From assembly GCA_002269645.1 (NCBI GenBank), contig NIVC01003994.1:2039-66038 (forward strand): DNA of 64,000 bases. The letters are read 5' to 3'. This DNA is from Macrostomum lignano. Its lineage: Eukaryota. This document shows, piece after piece, positions 37,425 through 49,900 of the stretch. Numbering within the stretch: the stretch's first letter is position 1; each line of letters starts with the position of its first letter. Position numbers and translations under genes: made by a program. The notes beneath the pieces are model-generated. The model made no database searches, was not told the origin of the DNA, and saw nothing but the letters and a program-made list of their open reading frames with translations.

Positions 37425-38670
37425 CTGACACCATTAATTAACTGAGGTAGCAATCATTGATGCTAATTAGCCCGACACCAATTAACTACTGTAGTGATCC
37501 GCTAGTTGATTTTAGGCGTCCCACTTTGTCAGCAGTCTCCCTCGCCCTCGCCCTGGGTTGCTGTATGCCGCTGGTCAGCTTCCCGCCCCCCTTGGCCCGT
37601 CTGTTGCTGCCCTTGGCCTGTTCTGCCCTTCTGCGTCTCTGTTCTCAGCCCTCAGCTTCTCTGCTGTGGGCTGTCTCTGTTTCGTTCCCGTCCCGTTTTC
37701 CTCTGTCATGTGAGCAAGTCACATGACAGACTCTGCGTTCTTCGAGTCCTAAAGTGCAGTAAACATGTTTACTGCACTCGTTGGCCCTGTTTACCGGGAG
37801 AATCACGTGCTTTCGGACCCCTCCCTTCTCTAAGGAGAGGAGGGACTCATGTTGCTAAAAATAGCAACTGAGTCACAGCCGCGTGTACTCTGGCCGGAGA
37901 CCTCAAGTGACGTCAGTTCTAAAAATAGAACAAGTCACGAGGTCTTGTGCGTGGGTGTTTCCCGGCTATAAATAGGACCCCTCTCCCCTTGTTTCCGTCA
38001 AGGATTTGGCTTCTTATCTGCGGAGAATTCACTAAGATCCCGTGTGCGTCAGTGTCTAACTAAGTGCCCTTTGCGTACTGAATCCGTTTGTACTGGTCTG
38101 ACTGAGACCCCACTAAAGCCCAAGCCTAAGGGAGGCTAACACTGCCTTCCCAGCCACCCCTGAGCCCGGCGGGGATCTGCTGATCAGGACGCCTTGTTCA
38201 TTAATCTGCAAATCTGCACGCTGTGCTGAGTTCGTTGACTTGTTTATTTCGTTCCGACGGGAAGCTCACCTCATCGAGGGCCGAGACCTGAAGGAACTGG
38301 TGACAGCACTACCTACGCTACTGAGAGAGTTAAGAAGGCTTCCGAGTGAGAAGACGGAGAGCCCAAGTCACTGCGCTGTACAGCAGGACAACCACAGGTA
38401 CAACACTGGTGGCAGCGGTGGGATTCAAAGACCTACCAGGCCACCCCGAGAAAACCACCATCTATAACACTACCTTAGTGAGCAATAATCAGTGCTAATT
38501 AGCCTGACTCCAGTTAACTACCTGAGTGAGCAATAATCAGTGCTAATTAGCCTGACTCCAGTTAACTACCTGAGTGAGCAATAATCAGTGCTAATTAGCC
38601 TGACTCCAGTTAACTACCCGAGTGAGTAATAATCGGTGCTAATTAGCCTGACTCCAGTTAACTACCTGAG
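37425..38670. repeat. 48-bp satellite, left block (37425-37489 and 38470-38670), split by a solo LTR
   Basis: Unit CTACCTGAGTGAG(C/T)AATAATC(A/G)GTGCTAATTAGCCTGAC(A/T)CCA(A/G)TTAA; the unit reads through once the LTR is removed. Confidence 0.9.
37490..38469 (+). mobile_element. Solo LTR (980 bp)
   Basis: Starts TGTAGT, ends ATAACA; 4-bp TSD CTAC at 37486-37489 and 38470-38473; TATAAATA at 37967-37974 gives the orientation. Confidence 0.85.
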
Positions 38671-38852
38671 TAAGTCCCTGTTGCTGGTCTGTTTGGTGCT
38701 GGCGCGAGTTCAGACTGCGTGAGCGACAAAGAGTAAAAAATGCAGAAACGATTCACCGAGTCAGAACTAATAGTCTAAAATTGCAGAACTCGTTCTAAGC
38801 CCTCCGCAAAGCAACACTGGACTGCGATCTCAAGTAGCGCGTTAATTGTTTT

Positions 38853-39475
38853 TAACCTATACCCACACCTACATAGAACCTATACCCACACCTACATAGA
38901 ACCCATACCCACACCTACATAGAACCTATACCCACACCTACATAGAACCTATACCCACACCTACATAGAACCCATACCCACACCTACATAGAACCTATAC
39001 CCACACCTACATAGAACCTATACCCACACCTATATAGAACCTATACCCCTATCTACATAGAACTTATCCACACCTACCTACACAGAACCTATACCCACAC
39101 CTACACAGAACCTATACCCACACCTACACAGAACCTATGCCCACACCTACATAGAACCTATACCCACACCTACATAGACCTATACCCACACCTACACGGA
39201 ACCTACCCACACCTACACAGAACCTATACCCACACCTACAGAACCTATACCCACACCTACATAGACCTATACCCACACCTACACAGAACCTATACCCACA
39301 CCTACACAGAACCTATACCCACACCTACAGAACCTATACCCACACCTACATAGAACCTATACCCACACCTACACAGAACCTATACCCACACCTACACAGA
39401 ACCTATACCCACACCTACAGAACCTATACCCACACCTACATAGAACCTACCCACACCTACATGTGGAATCCTACC
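38853..39475. repeat. ~24-bp minisatellite ACCTATACCCACACCTACA(T/C)AGA
   Basis: Direct inspection. Confidence 0.95.
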
Positions 39476-39650
39476 CAGACTCTGCTGTGAGCAGCGCACA
39501 TGAATAGTCTCATTGGCTGTTCAAATCGCTCATCCAAAACGCATACGTGTGTAAAACTGGGTGCTCCTGCAGTTTCGCTAGCCAGTGTAAACTGAAGTTA
39601 AGAAGCGACAAAAATACAGAATTGTTCAATCCAAAGCAATCTAGCATAGC

Positions 39651-41704
39651 ATGTCTTGCGCTTTGAAAGTGTCCATTTTTCTTTGCTTTTTGCTGACCTG
39701 GGCTACCTGCAAGTTGGTAAATTACACCTACGTGGGCTGCTACGTGGACTACACGGATGGTGCAAGAGACATGACAGGACTGGCGGGATTCAGCCATCTG
39801 GGTCAGCATTCCAAGGATCCAGCAAGCTGTTTAATACACAGCAGCAGCAGCATGTCGCTCGAGCTGTGCAGCCGCGCCTGCTCACTGGGAAAGTTTCTGT
39901 ACTTCGGCGTGCAGAATAGCGACCAGTGCTTCTGCGGCAACTTCTTCGGGTCGCAGGGCTCTGGAGACCCGAGCGACTGCAACAGTCCGTGCACTGGCAA
40001 CGAGCTGCAGTATTGTGGAGCCCCTTCTCGAAACTCGGTGTACGCTCTGAACTACTCGAAACTCAGTGAGTTGCTCACTATTTACAGAAAAGATAGTTTG
40101 CCCATGCTTCACTCACATAAAGCCACGCGACATTTTGAAGCATTAAATAAATCAATGTTCCTGACGGCATATGGGATACAGGGGCGTAACCCTCATGGGC
40201 ACCAATAATAAGTGCCTTGCTGGGCGCCCCTTGTCTCTTGGTGGGCGCCCCTGTCTCTTGGTGGGCACCCCTGTCTCTTGGTGGGCGCCCCTGTCTCTTG
40301 GTGGGCGCCCCTGTCTCTTGGTGGGCACCCCTGTCTCTTGGTGGGCGCCCCTGTCTCTTGGTGGGCGCCCCTGTCTCTTTTTGGGCGCCCCTGTCTCTTG
40401 GTGGGCGCCCCTGTCTCTTGCTTGGCACCCCTGTCTCTTGGTGGGTGCCCCTGTCTCTTGCTTGGCACCCCTGTCTCTTGCTGGGTGCCCCTGTCTCTTG
40501 GTGGGTGCCCCTGTCTCTTGGTGGGTGCCCCTGTCTCTTGGTGGGCGCCCCTGTCTCTTGCTTGGCACCCCTGTCTCTTGGTGGGCGCCCCTGTCTCTTG
40601 CTTGGCACCCCTGTCTCTTGGTGGGTGCCCCTGTCTCTTGGTGGGTGCCCCTGTCTCTTGGTGGGTGCCCCTGTCTCTTGGTGGGCGCCCCTGTCTCTTG
40701 GTGGGCGCCTCTGTCTCTTGGTGGGTGCCCCTGTCTCTTGGTGGGCGCCCCTGTCTCTTGGTGGGCGCCCCTGTCTCTTGGTGGGCGCCTCTGTCTCTTG
40801 GTGGGTGCCCCTGTCTCTTGGTGGGTGCCGCTGTCTCTTGGTGAGCGCCCCTGTCTCTTGGTGGGCGCCCCTGTCTGTTGGTGGGCGCCCCTGTCTCTTG
40901 GTGGGCGCCCCTGTCTCTTGGTGGGCGCCCCTGTCTCTTGGTGGGTGCCCCTGTCTCTTGGTGGGCGCCTCTGTCTCTTGGTGGGAACCCCTGTCTCTTG
41001 GTGGGCGCCCCTGTCTCTTAGTGGGTGCCCCTGTCTCTTGGTGGGCGCCCCTGTCTCTTGGTGGGTGCCGCTGTCTCTTGGTGGGCGCCCCTGTCTCTTG
41101 GTGGGCGCCCCTGTCTCTTGGTGGGCGCCCCTGTCTCTTGGTGGGCGCCCCTGTCTCTTGGTGGGCGCCCCTGTCTCTTGGTGGGTGCCGCTGTCTCTTG
41201 GTGGGCGCCCCTGTCTCTTGGTGGGCGCCCCTGTCTCTTGGTGGGCGCCCCTGTCTCTTGGTGGGCGCCCTTGTCTCTTGGTGGGCGCCCCTGTCTCTTG
41301 GTGGGTGCCCCTGTCTCTTGGCCAAATTCACAAATGTCAAAAAGTTATGCTGTAGTTGTTATCCATGTCCGGCGGTGTTTACTAGGAATTTTTAGCAATC
41401 TCTCATCACTATAATTTTGAGTCACTGCCTATCAAATTTTTGACCAACACATTGGCCGATATTTTCAGACAACTTCTACACCGTGGTGAAGCCGAACAAT
41501 CTACATATCGATGGCCCCGACGCCTCCTGGCCAGCCGCTGTCGCGGCCAAGACCGCCACTCAGTGCGCGGCCCGGTGCAGCGCCAAAGCCGACTGCCAGG
41601 CCGCCGTTTTCTCCAAGCGGCTGCTCGCCTGCCACCTGCTGGCGTACGCCTACCCGCCAGCCAGCCTGACCGGACCCGACTGGACTCTCTACCAGCGCGG
41701 CTGA
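39651..41704 (+). CDS. Secreted WSC-domain + PAN/Apple-like protein (216 aa)
   Basis: join(39651..40065,41469..41704), phase-1 GTGAGT..TTTTCAG. Hydrophobic N-terminus (MSCALKVSIFLCFLLTWATC). WSC signature YVGCY..MSLELCSRAC..YFGVQNSDQCFCG..CNSPCTGNELQYCG..NSVY. Exon 2 has a PAN-like pattern TATQCAARCSAKADCQAAVFS..ACHL. Confidence 0.85.
40179..41320. repeat. 20-bp minisatellite GTGGGCGCCCCTGTCTCTTG (~55 copies) preceded by a MITE-like end CAGGGGCGTAAC
   Basis: Array 40220-41320 lies in the WSC gene intron. 40179-40190 shares CAGGGGCGTA with the 13728 TIR; no intact right TIR seen. Confidence 0.93.
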
Positions 41705-42554
41705 GTTCGCCACAACAACAGCATGGCAGCAGTTGAGCCAAATGCAGGCCCCAAAACCACCGGAGCCTCACAAGTGACAAATCACTCGTCGAACTCCATT
41801 TTAAAAAAACTGTAGACCGACCGCAGCTTTTTGTCAGTTTGCACACGATAAAATAGTTAAGTTTCTGCACCCAACATTTATTGTTAATTGCGTGTTTTGG
41901 ATTTCACGGTGACATCCGGCAGAGCTGAGTGTTTTGGCACCAAAACTTGCACCTATTCTCAATGTCCGCTGCACACCCTGTGTGAGCATTTGCGTCTCGA
42001 TGTCTCGATAGGTTGCCCACAACATTCATGAGAATTGATTTGCTTATTTTGTACCTTCCCAACTTTGTCAAAATGAGAGCCATACTGGTAAAAAGAAGCT
42101 TAAAAACCGAAGGTAAGAGACAGCAAAAGGAAATGATGCAGAAAAATTCTTTTCTTTGTTCTAAACATCTCGCAAGGAAATGCTGGCTTCCCGAAAAAGT
42201 TTGTTGGCTTTTCGAGGGAAAACTTCATCGCGCTCGGAGCTTGCAAAGAAAACGAGAAAAAACACAAAAGAAGCCCGAAACTAACAGACAAAAGACTTCC
42301 TTCTCGAATTGTCTCAAAGCTACAAGAATAGCGCTAGTCAGAGAATCAGGGAAAGAGTTGGGATTCGATACCCCGGGAAGTTTTCTGGTCGGAAGTAGAA
42401 ATTTACAGTCTCTCTTTCTTGCAGTCGCAGTGGAGCCCCGGTGATGGCACCCATCCTGATCTATGGCATTGCGAGACAGCCTTGGCTCATACTATGGACT
42501 GAATAACAATAGACTGGACTCGGGTTAGCGAGTTAAGCTAATTCTCATGCCTGT

Positions 42555-43085
42555 AAAAGCAATAATCGGTGTTAAATAGCCCGATACTTATCTACCTGAG
42601 TGAGCAATAATCGGTGCTAATTAGCCTGACACCAATTAACTACCTGAGTGAGCAGTAATCGGTGCTAATTAGCCCGACACCAATCAACTACCTGATTGAG
42701 TTATAATCAGCGCTTAATAGCCTGACGCCAATTAACTACCTGAGTGAGTAATAATCGGTGCTAATTAGCCTGACGCCAATTAACTACCTGAGTGAGTAAT
42801 GATCGGTGCTAATTAGCCTGACGCCAATTAACTACCTGAGTGAGTAATAATCGGTGCTAATTAGCCCGACACCAATCAACTACCTGAAAGAGTAATAATC
42901 AGTGCTAATTAGCCTGACACCAGTTGACTACCTGAGTGAGCAATAATCGGTGCTAATTAGCCTTATACCAATTAACTACCTGAGTGAGTCATAATCGGTG
43001 CTAAATAGCCTGACACCAATTAACTACCTTAGTGAGTCATAATCAGTGCTAATTAGCCTGACTCCAATCAACTACCTGCGTGAGT
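42555..43085. repeat. 48-bp satellite, right block (same family and orientation as 37425-38670)
   Basis: CTACCTGAGTGAGTAATAATCGGTGCTAATTAGCCTGACGCCAATTAA, ~11 copies. Confidence 0.95.
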
Positions 43086-44141
43086 CCAACAAATAAACAA
43101 AACAAAGTCAATAAGCTTTCTGATTTATTTCACTGCGCCGCAAAATGGGTGACCAAATAAAAACATTTTTTGATTTCAAGTTTTCCGTATTTTTAAATAA
43201 TGAAATAAAATCTGTTTTTATTAAAATTAATATTGTGTTTCGCTTTTAGTCACCCAATTTTGGTTGTCTGGATAGCTATAGATGGCTATGCATTTATTTA
43301 AAAATTTATTATAATATTATGATCAATAAGTCTTAGACAAGATGATGACAAGGCTCTCAGCCAAGATAGTAGACAAGAAAATTAAAGGACTTCATTAAAA
43401 AAAAAGACGCAGCCACTGTAAGTAGTATTTGTCAGATTTTTTTTCAAACGAGATCAGGATATTGCGCGTGTTGGTTAAATTATTTATAAATTAAAAAATG
43501 AAATTGCACACAACACAAAGCGTAACAAAAAATAGGAGATTTAATTGACATCAGCTAATTAAAGTAGTATATGCATGTCAGCAGTCGACTAGTATTAATA
43601 AAAAATATATTTTTAATTAAAAGTTCGCAACGGTCGCAGTGACACTTGGACTTGCTAGGCAAGCGTTTTAGTGAATAATATAATATTAATAGGTTCAATG
43701 ATTTCACTATCAAAGTATCGACAAGTTTTAAGTTAATATCCGAGCGCTTCTCGCTTCAAAATCAACTATTGATGCCTAGAAATTCATTGTCGACACTTCT
43801 CTCAGCTACTCACAGTAATACAGGAGGGCCAAGCTGAAGAATATCGGAATAAATATCATGTTTGCTTATCATTATGAATTAATAGAAAAAATGGACGAGC
43901 AAAAAAGCGCACACTGCTGCAGGTAGAACAAAGACCTCTCTGACAATTGCCAATCTTGCTAAAAAGCCAACCGCAGTGCCAGAAGAGAAAGCAGACAGCG
44001 TTTAAAAAAGAACATGAAAAATTCAAAGCGAGTAAAATATACATTTGTTTAATTTTCTCCACAAAGAGTTGCCGTTTTAAAAATTCGAAACCAAAAAACA
44101 CGCAGAGTTCAGCGCGACACCGCAGCCTCAGGCCGAGAGTT

Positions 44142-47100
44142 CTACACAACACGGCCCTCGTTTCCAGAGGCGATCTGGCGGCAGATTATCACGGAGCAGA
44201 TGATGCACAGAATCTGCGGGGAGGGACGGAGCACCGCTGCCTCAGTGCCTCTAGTGTGCCTGGCTGAGTGTCTGTCTCAGTGTCTGTCTTAGTATTTGTC
44301 TCAGTGTCTGTCTCAGTGTCTGTCTCAGTGTCTGTCTCATTGCCTGTCTCAGTGTCTGTCTTAGTGTCTGTCTCAGTGCCTGTCTGTCTCAGTGTCTGTC
44401 TCAGTGTCTGTCTCAGTGTCTGTCTCAGTGTCTGTCTCAGTGCCTGTCTCAGTGTCTGTCTCAGTGCCTGTCTGTCTCAGTGCCTGTTTCAGTGCCTGTC
44501 TCAGTGTCTGCCTCAGTGCCTGTCTCATTGCCTGTCTTAGTGTCTGTCTCAGTGTCTGTCTCAGTGTCTGTCTCAGTGTCTGTCTCATTGCCTGTCTCAG
44601 TGTCTGTCTCAGTGTCTGTCTCAGTGTCTGTCTCAGTGTCTGCCTCAGTGCCTGTCTTGGTGCCTGTCTCAGTGCCTGTCTTAGTGTCTGCCTCAGTGCC
44701 TGTCTTGGTGCCTGTCTCAGTGCCTGTCTCAGTGCCTGTCTTAGTGTCTGTCTCAGTGTCTGCCTCAGTGCCTGTCTCATTGCCTGTCTCAGTGCCTGTA
44801 TCAGTGTCTGCCTCAGTGCCTGTCTCAGTGCCTGTCTCAGTGCCTGTCTCAGTGTCTGTATCAGTGTCTGCCTCAGTGCCTGTCTCAGTGCCTGTCTCAG
44901 TGCCTGTCTCAGTGCCTGTCTCAGTGCCTGTCTCAGTGCCTGTCTCAGTGCCTGTCTCAGTGCCTGTCCCGAGCAAGTCCAGACTCACCTGCAGCAGGAT
45001 GGCCAAGATCACGGTGATCAGAGCGGCGCGCATGTAGACTCCATTCATAGCGACCAAGTTGTCCAGGCAGTCCTGTGAGCAAAAAAGAGACAAAAAACAG
45101 ACAAGTGAGGCAGGCAGTTTTGAGCAAATTAACAAGCAGATCCGCAGTCCAGCCGCTCACATGTTCGTGGATGAAGCCGCCCTCGCGGGCCTCCTGCTCG
45201 TTCTTGGGTCGCACGCATTTTTCTTTCTTAGCCGGACTGTCAAGTACGCCGGAGCCGCAGCAGGAGTCAGGGAACTGGGCCGGGTTCGAGCTCTGCTGCT
45301 GATACCACGGTGTGCTGAGGAAAAAGTTCTGCTGCTTGTCCAGGCCGGCCCAGCCGCAGCACTTGTCCTGTAGATATGGGGATTCCCGTGTAGATGTAGT
45401 TATGGGGATTCCCGTGTAGATGTAGTTATGGGGATTCCCGTGTAGATGTAGTTATGGGGATTCCCGTGTAGATGTAGTTATAGGGATTCCAATGTAGATG
45501 TAGTTATAGGGATTCCCGTGTAGTTATGGGGATTCCCGTGTAGATTTAGTTATAGGGATTCTAGTGTAGATGTAGTTTAGGGATTCCTGTGTAGTTATGG
45601 GGATTCCCGTGTAGATGTAGTTTAGGGATTCCTGTGTAGTTATGGGGATTCCCGTGTAGATGTAGTTATAGGGATTCCAGTGTAGATGTAGTTATAGGGA
45701 TTCCGTGTAGTTTTAGGGATTCCGTGTAGTTTTAGGGATTCCCCTGTAGTTTTAGGGATTCCCGTGTAGTTATAGGGATTCCCCTGTAGTTATGGGGATT
45801 CCCGTGTAGTTATATGGATTCCCATGTAGTTGTAGTTATTCCTGTGTAGTTATAGGGATTCCCGTGTAGTTATAGGGATTCCCATGTAGTTTTAATGATT
45901 CCCGTGTAGTTATAGGGATTCCCATGTAGTTATAGGGATTCCTGTGTAGTTATAGGGATTCCTGTGTAGTTATAGGGATTCCCATGTAGTTATAGGGATT
46001 CCTGTGTAGTTATAGGGATTCCTGTGTAGTTATAGGGATTCCCATGTAGTTATTAGAACTCCTCGTGAAGTTAAAAGGGATTGCTTTGCAATCATGGAAT
46101 TGCTGCGTGAATGAAGGGATTACATACAGTATATTAAAAGCCGCAACACCAGTGAACATACATTCCTCTGCAGTTTGTCGATGGCCTCAGTGAACATCTT
46201 GCTCTCCTTGATGGTGAGATTTCCATAGTGACGCTTAAGGCGGTCCTGAAACTGCTCGCCAACCATGCCCTTGAAGTCACCCTTGTACACCACGGCCATG
46301 ATAGCGGCGGCCAGGTTGATGAAGAGGACCAGGAACAGCAGGATCACGTACTGCAGTGGGCACAGGCGTGGTTTGGGGGCTTGGACAGTGAATCTAGGAG
46401 GCTGGTAGCCCAGCAACTGAGGATCTGGGAGGCTGGCCTAGGAACTGGGGATCTGGGAAGCTGCTGGCCCAGCAACTGGGGATCTGGGAGGCTGGCCCAG
46501 CAACTGGGGATCTGGGAGGCTGGCCCAGCAACTGGGGATCTGGGAGGCTGGCCTAGGAACTGGGGATCTGGGAAGCTGCTGGCCCAGCAACTGGGGATCT
46601 GGGAGGCTGGCCCAGCAACTGAGGATCTGGGAAGCTGCTGGCCAGCAACTGGGGATCTGGGAGGCTGGCCCAGCAACTGAGGATCTGGGAAGCTGCTGGC
46701 CCAGCAACTGGGGATCTGGGAGGCTGGCCCAGCAACTGGGGATCTGGGAGGCTGGCCCAGCAACTGGGGATCTGGGAGGCTGGCCTAGGAACTGGGGATC
46801 TGGGAGGCTGGCCCAGCAACAGGGGATCTGGGAGGCTGGCCCAGCAACTGGGGATCTGGGAGGCTGGCCCAGCAACTGGGGATCTGGGAGTTATGGAGAT
46901 TACCCCGGAAGCGCCTGGATTATCCAACAAAATGTCACGCGGAGGAGCTCACCACTCCGAGCAGGCAGCGGTTCTCCTTGCAGACGCCAACGCAGCCGCA
47001 CATGGCGATGAGGATGGTGAAGCAGCCGCAGCCAATCAGCAGGTAGCGCAGAGACCGCATGAGGCTCACGCCAGCCAGCAGCTCAGAGTACTTGCCCAGA

Positions 47101-47219
47101 TCCGCGCTGGTGCACAGGTAAATGCCGACGCCAAGGATAGCAATCCCAGTCAGCAGGAACAGCAGGTTCACCACAATCAGGAACATCTTCATGCAGCTGT
47201 TGGTTACGCGACCAGACAT
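44142..47219 (-). CDS. Tetraspanin C (272 aa)
   Basis: complement join(44142..44213,44989..45072,45161..45367,46162..46350,46953..47219); all phase 0. Canonical TM1 CMKMFLIVVNLLF, GCVG..KENRCLL; EC2 DKCCGW, FPDSCC, EKCV, DCL. Confidence 0.92.
44265..44968. repeat. 12-bp minisatellite CAGTG(C/T)CTGTCT (tetraspanin C intron 4)
   Basis: Direct inspection. Confidence 0.96.
45372..46055. repeat. ~20-26-bp minisatellite GTAGTTATAGGGATTCCCGT (tetraspanin C intron 2)
   Basis: Direct inspection; abuts the acceptor at 45368. Confidence 0.94.
46400..46890. repeat. 28-bp minisatellite CTGGCCCAGCAACTGGGGATCTGGGAGG (tetraspanin C intron 1)
   Basis: Direct inspection. Confidence 0.95.
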
Positions 47220-47414
47220 TGTTGGTTGTCAAGTTTCTTTACACAAATACAGCTTCAGATTTACAGATTGATAATTGCCGGTTAAAAGGTGCTTTGAAAC
47301 CGTATTAAGCGTCAATGGCGAGAGCAAGCAGAAGTGAGCAGTTTGATTCATAGAAATATGCTCCTGTTTTGGCATGGATTACGTCAACTGATGACAAGGG
47401 TTTAGGTAAACTTA

Positions 47415-49460
47415 GGGCAAGGATTAGGTCAACTGAGAGCAAGGATTAGGTCAACTGAGGACACGGGTTAGGTCAACTGAGGACACGGGTTAGGTCAACT
47501 GAGGACACAAGCTAGGTCAACTGAGGAGACAGGAAAGGTCAACTGAGGACACGGGTTAGGTCAACTGAGGGCAAGGATTAGGTCAACTGAGAGCAAGGAT
47601 TAGGTCAACTGAGGACACGGGTTAGGTCAACTGAGGACACGGGTTAGGTCAACTGAGGACTAGATTAGGTCAGCTGAGGACACGGGTTAGGTCAACTGAG
47701 GACACAAGCTAGGTCAACTGAGGAGACAGGAAAGGTCAACTGAGGACACGGGTTAGGTCAACTGAGGACACGGGTTAGGTCAATTGAGGACACGGGTTAG
47801 GTCAACTGAGGTCACGGGTTAGGTCAATCGAGGACACACAAGCTAGGTCAACTGAGGACACAAGCTAGGTCAACTGACGACACGGCTTAGGTCAACTGAG
47901 GTCACGGGTTAGGTCAATCGAGGACACACAAGCTAGGTCAACTGACGACACGGCTTAGGTCAACTGAGGTCACGGATTAGGTCAACTGAGGACACAAGCT
48001 AGGTCACTTGAGGAGACGGGAAAGGTCAACTGAGGACACGGGTTAGGTCAATTGAGGACACGGGTTAGGTCAACTGAGGACACGGCTTAGGTCAACTGAG
48101 GTCACGGATTAGGTCAACTGAGGACACAAGCTAGGTCAACTGAGGACACAAGTTAGGTCAATTGAGGATACGGGTTAGGTCAACTGAGGACACAAGCTAG
48201 GTCAACTGAGGACACAAGCTAGGTCAACTGAGGAGACAGGAAAGGTCAACTGAGGACACGGGTTAGGTCAATTGAGGACACGGGTTAGGTCAACTGAGGA
48301 CACGGCTTAGGTCAACTGAGGTCACGGATTAGGTCAACTGAGGACACAAGCTAGGTCAACTGAGGACACAAGTTAGGTCAATTGAGGATACGGGTTAGGT
48401 CAACTGAGGACACAAGCTAGGTCAACTGAGGAGACAGGAAAGGTCAACTGAGGACACGGGTTAGGTCAATTGAGGACACGGGTTAGGTCAACTGAGGACA
48501 CGGCTTAGGTCAACTGAGGTCACGGATTAAGTCAACTGAGGACACAAGCTAGGTCAATTGAGGACACAAGTTAGGTCAATTGAGGATACGGGTTAGGTCA
48601 ACTGAGGACACAAGCTAGGTCAATTGAGGATACGGGTTAGGTCAACTGAGGACACAAGCTAGGTCAACTGAGGACACAAGCTAGGTCAACTGAGGAGACA
48701 GGAAAGGTCAATTGAGGACACGGGTTAGGTCAATTGAGGACACGGGTTAGGTCAACTGAGGACACGGCTTAGGTCAACTGAGGTCACGGATTAGGTCAAC
48801 TGAGGACACAAGCTAGGTCAATTGAGGACACAAGTTAGGTCAATTGAGGATACGGGTTAGGTCAACTGAGGACACAAGCTAGGTCAATTGAGGACACAAG
48901 TTAGGTCAATTGAGGATACGGGTTAGGTCAACTGAGGACACAAGCTAGGTCAACAGAGGAGACAGGAAAGGTCAACTGAGGACACGGGTTAGGTCAACTG
49001 AGGACAGGGGTTAGGTCAATTGAGGACACGGGTTAGGTCAATCGAGGACACACAAGCTAGGTCAACTGAGGACACAAGCTAGGTCAACTGACGACACGGC
49101 TTAGGTCAACTGAGGTCACGGATTAGGTCAACTGAGGACACAAGCTAGGTTACTTGAGGAGACGGGAAAGGTCAACTGAGGACACGGGTTAGGTCAACTG
49201 AGGACACGGCTTAGGTCAACTGAGGTCACGGATTAGTTCAACTGAGGACACAAGCTAGGTCAACTGAGGACACAAGCTAGGTCAATTGAGGACACAAGTT
49301 AGGTCAATTGAGGATACGGGTTAGGTCAACTGAGGACACAAGCTAGGTCAACTGAGGACACAAGCTAGGTCAACTGAGGAGACGGGAAAGGTCAACTGAG
49401 GAGACGGGAAAGGTCAACTGAGGACACGGGTTAGGTCAACTGAGAACACGGGTTAAGGTC
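47415..49460. repeat. 22-bp minisatellite AGGTCAACTGAGGACACGGGTT (between tetraspanins C and D)
   Basis: Direct inspection, ~90 copies. Confidence 0.97.
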
Positions 49461-49900
49461 TTCTAAGGACAAAACTTCTAAATCTTGATAAGCCAACTAG
49501 TATAGCAAGTAATCAATAGTATATATGTATATTAACACGTCTAGTATTTGTACAGAAGATGGTAGAAAAAGAACACAGGAAAAAAGCATACATGGATAGC
49601 GCTGTAGCGCACCCGAAAACAGGAGTACATGTATATAGCGTTCATGAATGTTGATTTAAAGCTTTGGTCAAAATCGTCTATAAAAAAGCAACAAGCTTGA
49701 AACGTGTGCAGGAAAAAGTTTCATTAATCAATATATAGCAGATTAATGTGAATTCAAATCTGTATAAACACAAAGGTATGAGTTTATAAAGTTATTCCAT
49801 TCAAAACTGTCATAAATTTTAACTGTATTTCAGCTTGCTGGATAAATATCATATTCTCGATCAAGTATTCTCGAACTGACAACAAAGCTACTCAAAATCA

